A stretch of DNA of 64,000 nt, taken from assembly GCA_023254135.1 (NCBI GenBank), contig JALQYL010000001.1, forward strand, positions 11,341 to 75,340, given 5' to 3'. Both the position numbers and the translations under genes were made by a program. Under the pieces are notes generated by a model. It worked only from the letters and a program-made list of their open reading frames with translations. It was not told the DNA's origin and searched no databases. Shown piece by piece: positions 39,359 through 47,026 of this stretch (the first letter of the stretch is position 1; each line of letters begins with the position of its first letter). This stretch comes from Ilumatobacteraceae bacterium (lineage in GTDB: Bacteria > Actinomycetota > Acidimicrobiia > Acidimicrobiales > Ilumatobacteraceae).

Positions 39359-39553
39359 ATGGACCAAATTGATGTCATCACCGACAAACTCCAGAACATT
39401 TCTGAAGAACTAAACGACCTTGCCATGTTGATTCTCTCTGAAGCGATTGCCAATAGCGAGCGCGAGCGTCCCGCTATGGAGAAAAAGGTAAGCCAGGCTC
39501 GGCGTGCTGTGGAGAAAGCAATTCAGCACCTCTCAGCAACTAGTACTGATTGA
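39359..39553 (+). CDS. small hypothetical protein (predicted helical)
   Basis: 64 aa. A strong GGAGGG lies at 39350-39355, just upstream of the ATG. Confidence 0.5.
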   Translation: MDQIDVITDKLQNISEELNDLAMLILSEAIANSERERPAMEKKVSQARRAVEKAIQHLSATSTD

Positions 39554-40565
39554 TGCAGTCAATGAGAGGTCGAAGGTCTGCAAACCCCTTGCCCTTGTAA
39601 TCCAGACTCAGTCGATTCATCTGTACATTGTCGCCTTCATGGATCTCGATATCAGTGGCTCCACTCTGAGTGATGGTGCCGTCTTGGGAGAGATAGCCAA
39701 ATGTATTGTTCATCTCATTGAGGTGTTCTGCAGGAATCGGTCTCTGCGTGCGAATGAACAACTTGTTGTCGATGAATCGAATGGAATGATAATTCGCGTA
39801 AAAACCGGTGATGATGTTCACGGCCTCGTGGATGTTGTCAGTAATGCTGTACAACGAGGTGTCGGAGTCAGAGATGAGTCCGTGCCTCAGAAGCAAGGGT
39901 TCCATGGTCTTCATGAGTGGAGTCCAGAACGGATCTCCCGCCACCTCCAACATCACAATGGGAACAGGTACCGATTTTGCGGTCTGTGCCAACGTGAGCA
40001 ATTCAAACGTTTCATCAAGGGTCCCGAAGCCGCCGGGCAAACACAGGAATGCGTGCGATTCCTTCACCAGCATGAGTTTTCTCGTGAAGAAATAGCGCAT
40101 GCTCACATACTTCTCATCACCAGCAATCACTGAGTTGGCACCCGTTTCAAATGGGAGACGAATGGAGACACCAATCGACTTTTCTCGTCCGGCACCCAGC
40201 ATGCCGGCTTCCATGATTCCTGGTCCAGCGCCGGTGACCACCATGAAGCCGGCATCTGCCAATTCTTTTGCCGTTTGTGCAGTGGTGGCGTAAATGGGAT
40301 TCTCGGGCGTCGTTCGGGCGGAACCAAAAATGGTGACCTTAGGAACATCCCGAAAGGGCGCGAACATATCGAATGCCCTGGACATTTCATCGATGGCCGA
40401 TGATGCAATCTTGATATCGAGCGATGAAGCGTCACCTTCCAACAGATCGCCAGATGCCGTGAGGAGCCGTACAAGGTGGCGCAATTCGGATGGCGAACGA
40501 TGAGTGACTGCAAACAAGTTCGTGAGTCGACCTAATGCAGAAGTGGGGTCGACTTTGGGTGACAT
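39540..40565 (-). CDS. LOG-family (TIGR00730-type) nucleotide 5'-monophosphate nucleosidase-like protein with N- and C-terminal extensions
   Basis: 341 aa with LOG motifs TGAGPGIMEA and PGGFGTLDE. Confidence 0.8.
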   Translation of the reverse strand: MSPKVDPTSALGRLTNLFAVTHRSPSELRHLVRLLTASGDLLEGDASSLDIKIASSAIDEMSRAFDMFAPFRDVPKVTIFGSARTTPENPIYATTAQTAKELADAGFMVVTGAGPGIMEAGMLGAGREKSIGVSIRLPFETGANSVIAGDEKYVSMRYFFTRKLMLVKESHAFLCLPGGFGTLDETFELLTLAQTAKSVPVPIVMLEVAGDPFWTPLMKTMEPLLLRHGLISDSDTSLYSITDNIHEAVNIITGFYANYHSIRFIDNKLFIRTQRPIPAEHLNEMNNTFGYLSQDGTITQSGATDIEIHEGDNVQMNRLSLDYKGKGFADLRPLIDCINQY

Positions 40566-40568
40566 GAC

Positions 40569-41672
40569 CTAGACGACCTCGCCTGCTTTTACTCGCAATG
40601 CTTCCAACAATTCATTGAAACTGGCAATGAAGGAAGCGACGCCATCGCTCTCTAGTTGAATTGCAATTGCAGCGACATCTATGCCAAAGGATTTCAAGGC
40701 ATCCCATTGCTGGGCCGCGACATCCACTGACGCGTCAATGGTTCGAGCAACTCTGCCGTGGTCCGCGAAGGCGTGCAATGTCGCTTCGGGGATTGTGTTC
40801 ACCGTTCGTGGTCCGATGAGTTCATCCACATACAACGTGTCCGGATACGCGGGATTCTTGGTGGATGTGGACGCCCACAATGGTCGCTGCACCTGTGCGC
40901 CTGCAGCTTCCAATGCCTGCCAGCGATGGCCAGAAAACTTGTCAGTGAACATGCGATAGGCAAGACGTGCTTGATTGATGGCTGATTTACCCTTCAATTC
41001 GATGGCCTCAGCAGTGCCAAGGGCATCAAGCTGCTTGTCAATCTCATTGTCGACACGACTGATGAAGAAGCTGGCCACACTAGATATGCCCGACACAGGA
41101 AGTCCCTGTGTGGCGCGATCTTCCAGTCCGCTGATGTACGCCTCCATCACATCGCCATAACGCTCGAGACTAAAGATGAGGGTGACGTTGACGTTGCGAC
41201 CTTCAGCAATCATGTGGCGAATGGCAGGCAAGCCTTCCTCCGTGGCAGGAATTTTGATCATCACATTGGGTTTGTCGATGCGTTCGTGCAATGCGCGCGC
41301 GGCGTTGAGGGTGCCGTCGCCATCACGGGCAAGGGACGGATCAACTTCCACACTGACGAAACCGTCAGTACCGGACGATTCGTGGTACAAATCCTCAAAC
41401 AGTGCGAGTGCTGCGTTGATGTCGGAAATCACCAGGTCCCAGTAGGCGTTCTCTGGCGAGATGCCGTTCTTGATGAGTTCAACGAATTGCGCGTCGTAAT
41501 CGTTCGACCCCTGAATGGCCTTCTGAAAGATGGTGGGGTTCGAAGTTAGCCCTCGCACACCGTCCGCTATCAATTGCTTCAATGTCCCGTTTGTTATGTA
41601 ACTGCGCTGCAAGTTGTCGAGCCATGGACTTTGGTCTTGCTCGGCTGAAAGCTGGCGCAGCGTGTTGCTCAT
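40569..41672 (-). CDS. tal: transaldolase
   Basis: 367 aa with the active-site Lys context VMIKIPAT. It lies immediately downstream of tkt (4 nt overlap). Confidence 0.9.
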   Translation of the reverse strand: MSNTLRQLSAEQDQSPWLDNLQRSYITNGTLKQLIADGVRGLTSNPTIFQKAIQGSNDYDAQFVELIKNGISPENAYWDLVISDINAALALFEDLYHESSGTDGFVSVEVDPSLARDGDGTLNAARALHERIDKPNVMIKIPATEEGLPAIRHMIAEGRNVNVTLIFSLERYGDVMEAYISGLEDRATQGLPVSGISSVASFFISRVDNEIDKQLDALGTAEAIELKGKSAINQARLAYRMFTDKFSGHRWQALEAAGAQVQRPLWASTSTKNPAYPDTLYVDELIGPRTVNTIPEATLHAFADHGRVARTIDASVDVAAQQWDALKSFGIDVAAIAIQLESDGVASFIASFNELLEALRVKAGEVV

Positions 41673-43621
41673 TGGCCGATCGCTGCCTTTGTGGTGGCGA
41701 CAACGTTGTCTACATTGATGCCCAACTTGTCCATCACAACATTGCCTGGGGCACTCGCCCCGAATCGATCAATGCCAACACTGTGGGTGGCATACGTCGC
41801 CCAACCGAAGGTGGTGCCAGCTTCCACGCTGATTCGCGGCAATGAGGATGGCAACACTGCTTCACGTTCCTCTACCGATAGTGCCGCGAAACGTTCCCAC
41901 GAAGGCATGGAAACAACGTTCACGTTGATGCCTTCTGAAGAAAGCTTCTTCGCAGCATCAACCGCTACGCCCACCTCACTACCCGTACCGATGATGGTGG
42001 CGACGGGCGAAGAGCTGGTGTGGATGACAGCGGCCCCAGGATGGACAGCTTCACCGTGAGTGAGTGATGGAACGTTTTGACGGGACAAGATGATTGCAGT
42101 GGGTCCATCGTGGGTCACGGCCGCCAACCAAGCGTGCGCTGTCTCGTTGGGGTCTGCCGGACGAATGACCTGCAATCCGGGAATGGCACGCAACGAGGCG
42201 AGATGTTCAATGGGTTGATGGGTGGGTCCATCTTCTCCAACACCCACGGAGTCGTGGCTGAACACGAAGACACATCGGGCCTTTGAGAGTGCAGCAAGAC
42301 GAATAGAAGGACGCATGTAGTCGGCGAACACGAAGAAGGTGCCGCCAACAGGTATCACGCCGCCATGCAACGCCATACCGACCATTGCTGCACCCATTGC
42401 ATGTTCACGAATGCCGTAGTACACCTGCTTGCCGGAACGGTTGGAAGCAGAGAAACCAGATGTTGCGGGCAATTTGGCACCCGTGTTGCCCGTTAGGTCG
42501 GCAGCTCCAGCGAGAACATTGGGAACCGAATCCGCGGTTGCTTCCAACACCTTCTGAAATGCTTGTCGCGTTGCCAAGTTGGTGGATTCATCAAATACGG
42601 GAAGCGAGGCTTTAATCGAAGCGGCATCGAGAATTCCGCTTGACTCCACGGTTGCACGCGCTGAGGTGTTTGCCTCAGAATTCCACTGTTTCACTGCCTC
42701 AGCGGCGCGTGCTGTGGCATGTTCACGATAAGCCGACACCAATTGTTCTGGCGCCCAGAATGGTTCATCAGGAATTCCCATGACCTTCTTGGTGGACGAC
42801 ACCAGGTCAGCGGTGAACGGATTGCCGTGCGCTTCGTGTTTGTCGGTGAGCTCGGGAGACGGGAAACCGATGTGAGTACGCAACACCACCAAGGTGGGTG
42901 CACCAATGTGAGCACGTGCCGCATTCAGTGCAGATTCAATGGCGTCGCAATCTTCAGCCACTTCGCCGGCTTCAATCACGTTCCAGCCGTAGGAACGGAA
43001 ACGTGCAGGCACATCGTCCGTACAGGTGAGGTCGGTCGAGCCATCGATAGTGATCCTGTTGTCGTCGAAAATGGCAACTAGATGGTCAAGTTTCAAGTGA
43101 CCAGCAAGAGAAGCGGATTCATGACTGATGCCTTCCATCAAACATCCGTCGCCGACAATCACATACGTGTTGTGCTCAATGGTCTCGGGTCCGTGCAATT
43201 CACGAAGGTGCGCCTCTGCGATTGCCATACCCACTGCGTTTGCGAATCCTTGACCTAATGGACCAGTTGTGACTTCAACGCCTGCGGTATGACCTACTTC
43301 TGGGTGACCAGGAGTAGCAGAGTCCCATTGACGGAACGACTTGAGATCATCAAGTGTGAGTCCATATCCGTTGAGATACAACATGGCGTATTGAAGGATT
43401 GATGCATGGCCATTCGAAAGAATGATGCGATCGCGATTCACCCATTGAGGATTCGAAGGATCGTGCTTCATCACGCGGCTATAGAGAACGTGTGCGAGTG
43501 GGGCAAGTGACATCGCCGTTCCCTGGTGACCACTCTTGGCGGCCAGTGGCGCATCCATTGCAATTCCTCGGATGAGGGCGATGGCTTGCTGATCTTGCTG
43601 GGAACTTAGTTTGCTAGGCAC
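41669..43621 (-). CDS. tkt: transketolase
   Basis: 650 aa with the SGHQG and GDGCLMEGISHE thiamine-diphosphate motifs. Confidence 0.95.
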   Translation of the reverse strand: MPSKLSSQQDQQAIALIRGIAMDAPLAAKSGHQGTAMSLAPLAHVLYSRVMKHDPSNPQWVNRDRIILSNGHASILQYAMLYLNGYGLTLDDLKSFRQWDSATPGHPEVGHTAGVEVTTGPLGQGFANAVGMAIAEAHLRELHGPETIEHNTYVIVGDGCLMEGISHESASLAGHLKLDHLVAIFDDNRITIDGSTDLTCTDDVPARFRSYGWNVIEAGEVAEDCDAIESALNAARAHIGAPTLVVLRTHIGFPSPELTDKHEAHGNPFTADLVSSTKKVMGIPDEPFWAPEQLVSAYREHATARAAEAVKQWNSEANTSARATVESSGILDAASIKASLPVFDESTNLATRQAFQKVLEATADSVPNVLAGAADLTGNTGAKLPATSGFSASNRSGKQVYYGIREHAMGAAMVGMALHGGVIPVGGTFFVFADYMRPSIRLAALSKARCVFVFSHDSVGVGEDGPTHQPIEHLASLRAIPGLQVIRPADPNETAHAWLAAVTHDGPTAIILSRQNVPSLTHGEAVHPGAAVIHTSSSPVATIIGTGSEVGVAVDAAKKLSSEGINVNVVSMPSWERFAALSVEEREAVLPSSLPRISVEAGTTFGWATYATHSVGIDRFGASAPGNVVMDKLGINVDNVVATTKAAIGQ

Positions 43622-44705
43622 ATTCCGATGGTAATCGCCGCCAGGTCTTCACAACGGAAAGTGACGCGTCCAAAGCCACCACATCTGCACTTTTTCCGAC
43701 GGTGATGTGTCCGGCATCGCTCAGGCCCACCACGGAGGCCGGGGCAGAAGTTGCAGCTCGAAGCGCTGACTGCAACGGAACTCCCGCAGTGCGTACCGTA
43801 TTGGCAACGCATTGAGCCAAGGTGCTGCTGGAGCCGGCCAGCGTGCCGTTGGGCAGTCGAGGGGCACCGTTCTCTACGTGCACATGTCGCGCGGTTGCCC
43901 ATTCTGATTGCCATGCAATTGAATCTGACACCAGCACGATTGACCCATCGGGTTTCGCACGAAACGCAAGGGCTACCGCAGCAGGGGAGCAATGCACCAT
44001 GTCGGCAATGAGACCAGCCACAACAGCATCGGATGTCAGGGCCATGAGCGCCAAGCCATCTTCTCGATGATGCACACCGCTCATGCCGTTGAACAAATGG
44101 GTCACCATACGCGCTCCTGCCAACAGACCTGCATTGAACTGGTCGTAGGTGGGTTGTGAGTGGCCCAGGGAAACACAGATGTTCTTGTCATGCAGAACCC
44201 GAATTGCCTCGGGAGCATGTTCCTGTTCTGCCGCAAGAGTGACCAGTCGTACTGATTCGGGGAGTTGTTGTAGCCACGCATTATCGACGGGCACGATCCA
44301 TTTCGGATTATGCGCGCCTGGAGCTTTTCCGAGAAACGGGCCTTCCACATGTACGCCAGCAAAGCCGTTGATTCTGTGCGAAATCCATGAGTCATGAAGA
44401 GATTGAAGTGACGAACTCAATTGCTGAAGCGGCGCAGTCACAATGGTGCCCAACCAGCTGGTCGTGCCGAGTTGTGCCAGCCGTTCATCCAATGCGATCA
44501 GGTCATCTGTATCGCATACAGAAACATCCCAGGATTCGTAACCGTTCATTTGAACGTCCACAAAACCAGGGGAGATCAGATAGAAATCACCCGGTGTACG
44601 GATGTCTTCAATGGCACCAACCACGGCACCATCCATCACTATTCGAGATGGACCGTGGAGACGAGTTCCGTCAAAGAAATTGCTACACGTGATCTCATTG
44701 GTCAC
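43614..44705 (-). CDS. nagA: N-acetylglucosamine-6-phosphate deacetylase-like amidohydrolase
   Basis: 363 aa with GFVDVQMNG (compare E. coli GFIDVQLNG), HVEGPFL and TLAAEQ. Confidence 0.8.
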   Translation of the reverse strand: MTNEITCSNFFDGTRLHGPSRIVMDGAVVGAIEDIRTPGDFYLISPGFVDVQMNGYESWDVSVCDTDDLIALDERLAQLGTTSWLGTIVTAPLQQLSSSLQSLHDSWISHRINGFAGVHVEGPFLGKAPGAHNPKWIVPVDNAWLQQLPESVRLVTLAAEQEHAPEAIRVLHDKNICVSLGHSQPTYDQFNAGLLAGARMVTHLFNGMSGVHHREDGLALMALTSDAVVAGLIADMVHCSPAAVALAFRAKPDGSIVLVSDSIAWQSEWATARHVHVENGAPRLPNGTLAGSSSTLAQCVANTVRTAGVPLQSALRAATSAPASVVGLSDAGHITVGKSADVVALDASLSVVKTWRRLPSECA

Positions 44706-44723
44706 GTTGTCACCGTATCTGGA

Positions 44724-45473
44724 TTACGACACCGATGCTTTGGCCGAAGGTGTGAGTCGAATGTCGTCAAATCGCAAGGACGCAAGCTTCAAGATGGAGA
44801 GCGTCCTAATGACCCACCAACCCGGGTCGATCTGGCTGCGCTTATGCGACAAACGGGGAGACGAGGGAGCCGCATGGTGGTTGTTGTGGAGACCTTCGCC
44901 CATGGTGCAAAAAGCAAGCCATTGCAGATTGGTGGCTCCGTTGTCGTACGGGCGACGACCAAAGTGATGACCCATTGCATTCACGGCGGCATTGCCAGCA
45001 AGGTATGCGTTTGCGTGGATGAACGCAGCCAAGAGACCAGTAATGGGTCCAAACACCACCACCAAGATGCCGATACCAATCAACAATCCAGTTTTGTTAT
45101 GACCAAAAAACGCGCGATCCCAGTTGTCGTCTGGCAAATCCTTTGCGTACTTCGAAATGAGTTCAGGGTCAGAGAGCGCAGCGCGGTACATGGCAACGTT
45201 CTTGATCTGAACGTGTTGCCAACTGGTGAGGATGGGCGAGTGCGGGTCGCCCTCATGGTCCGTGAACGCGTGGTGTTTGCGATGCACCGCCACCCACTCC
45301 TTGGGCTTTATTCCCGTTGTGAGCCACAACACCAGACGGAATACCCACGCAACGACAGGGTGAACGGTGAGAGCCCTATGGCTGAGCCCACGATGGAGAT
45401 ACACCGTGGTACATGTATTGGCCATCGTGGTGACGACAGCAGCTGCAATAAGGGCCGTGAGAATTGTGCTCAT
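44724..45473 (-). CDS. membrane fatty-acid (acyl-CoA/acyl-lipid) desaturase
   Basis: 249 aa with three His boxes HRGLSH, HRKHH and HNNHH, plus TM segments. ATG is preceded by TAGGGT plus 6 nt. Confidence 0.8.
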   Translation of the reverse strand: MSTILTALIAAAVVTTMANTCTTVYLHRGLSHRALTVHPVVAWVFRLVLWLTTGIKPKEWVAVHRKHHAFTDHEGDPHSPILTSWQHVQIKNVAMYRAALSDPELISKYAKDLPDDNWDRAFFGHNKTGLLIGIGILVVVFGPITGLLAAFIHANAYLAGNAAVNAMGHHFGRRPYDNGATNLQWLAFCTMGEGLHNNHHAAPSSPRLSHKRSQIDPGWWVIRTLSILKLASLRFDDIRLTPSAKASVS

Positions 45474-45490
45474 GGGTCAACCCTACATCA

Positions 45491-45508
45491 CTACCTACCA
45501 GTAGGTAG
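45491..45508. promoter_or_regulatory. candidate TetR operator (perfect 8-2-8 inverted repeat)
   Basis: CTACCTAC-CA-GTAGGTAG lies in the gap between the divergent desaturase and TetR genes. It sits just upstream of both putative -10 hexamers. Confidence 0.55.
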
Positions 45509-45534
45509 GCAAATGAGACGGTAGTTTGTCACTC

Positions 45535-46149
45535 GTGACCGATGCTCCAGACCCGCAGAGATCCACGCGGGATCAAATTCTTGATGAGGCACTGAAGTGT
45601 TTTGCCGAGCGTGGATATGACGGCACCTCTCTCAACGACATTGCCGCCGGGGTAGGCATTCGACGTCCCAGCCTGTTGCACCATTTCCCGAGCAAGGAAT
45701 CTCTGTACGAGGACTTGTTCGAACGTCTGCTCTCTGATTGGATGCAACGCCTGGAAGCATCCATTGCATCTCCCGTTTCGGGTTGGGACAAGGCGGAACT
45801 CGTCCTTCGCGCTGGATTCGCATTGTTCGCAGACACGCCTGACTATGTGCGCATCATGCGGCGCGAGGCTCTAGATGGTGGTGGACATTTGGGTATCGAC
45901 CTCTCCGCCGTCTTGAAACCATTGTTCGATTCAGCCGTGGTGTATTTCGACGAACAAATGCGCAACGGTACGTTCCGCACACATGATTCACGACACTTGT
46001 TGATCACCGGGTACGGAGCAATCCTCACGTATTTCTCCGATGCACCGTTCATTGATGAACTTCTGGAGGACAAAGCACTCACTGCGCAGAATGTGCATGA
46101 TCACTGCGAACATGTCATTGGTTTTTTTCGCGCCGCTTTGTTGAACTAG
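45535..46149 (+). CDS. TetR/AcrR-family transcriptional regulator
   Basis: HTH region is GYDGTSLNDIAAGVGIRRPSLLHHFPSKESLY. GTG 45535 is preceded by TAGTTT plus 7 nt. TTG 45526 is the alternative start. Confidence 0.85.
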   Translation: MTDAPDPQRSTRDQILDEALKCFAERGYDGTSLNDIAAGVGIRRPSLLHHFPSKESLYEDLFERLLSDWMQRLEASIASPVSGWDKAELVLRAGFALFADTPDYVRIMRREALDGGGHLGIDLSAVLKPLFDSAVVYFDEQMRNGTFRTHDSRHLLITGYGAILTYFSDAPFIDELLEDKALTAQNVHDHCEHVIGFFRAALLN

Positions 46150-46197
46150 TCACGTTGGACTAACAGGTCAGTTTCCACCGTGGTCTACGGTGTGCCC

Positions 46198-46968
46198 ATG
46201 GCAACCTTTCAACACGACGGACGAACCATTGGCTATTCCATTCACGGAGAAGGGCCGGCCATCCTCGCGTTTCACGGGACTACTCAGGCTGGTAACGCGT
46301 GGGATCAAGTTCGCGACTTGTGTACAGAACCCCGAACCTGGGTGTCGTTTGAATTTCCAGGATCAGGGGAGTCTTCAATGCCATCTGCTCCCATCGAACT
46401 GACCGAGATGGTGGGTGATGCACTTGCACTCATGACACACCTCGGTCATGAAACGTTCCACGTGGTGGGATATTCATTGGGTGCAGTCACCGCATTGCAA
46501 ACAGCCGCGACAAGTTCGCGCGTATTGTCGGTGACGTCATTGTGTGGCTGGTCGCAGTCAGATGCACGTATGCGAATCACTTTTGACCTGTGGCGCCGTC
46601 TCATCGCCATCAGCCCGGAGTTGTTCATGCGATATGCACTTGCCGATGGATACACCGTTAATACGTTGTCTGTTCTGGAGCCGATGGTGGACGGAGCCGT
46701 GGCCATGGCGGCCAGCACCGTGCAGCCAGGTTCCGATGCCCACCTCGATCTTGATATTCGTGTCGACATTGAAGATCAGTTGAGCAAGATTTCCTGTCCG
46801 TGTCTCGTGATCGGAGGCTTGGAAGATAGGTGGGTTGACATCTCTAAATCGCGCCATCTTGCTGCCACCATCAAGGGAGCCACGTTGGTGGAGATGCCTG
46901 CTGGACACCTTGTCATTGGCGAAATGGCAGGTGACATTGCCCAGCACATCATCTCCCATACGGGCTAG
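46198..46968 (+). CDS. alpha/beta hydrolase
   Basis: 256 aa with FHG and nucleophile elbow GYSLGA. ATG 46198 is preceded by TACGGT plus 6 nt. GTG 46180 is the alternative start. Confidence 0.8.
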   Translation: MATFQHDGRTIGYSIHGEGPAILAFHGTTQAGNAWDQVRDLCTEPRTWVSFEFPGSGESSMPSAPIELTEMVGDALALMTHLGHETFHVVGYSLGAVTALQTAATSSRVLSVTSLCGWSQSDARMRITFDLWRRLIAISPELFMRYALADGYTVNTLSVLEPMVDGAVAMAASTVQPGSDAHLDLDIRVDIEDQLSKISCPCLVIGGLEDRWVDISKSRHLAATIKGATLVEMPAGHLVIGEMAGDIAQHIISHTG

Positions 46969-47026
46969 AACAGATTTGACTGGCAACGATGCCAGGAGTG
47001 CCGCTCGGTGACTACCGTGTATAGCC

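Noticed and set aside
44421-45524. 367 aa plus-strand ORF
   Set aside because: It is antisense to nagA and the desaturase, both of which carry clear family motifs. The plus ORF has none.
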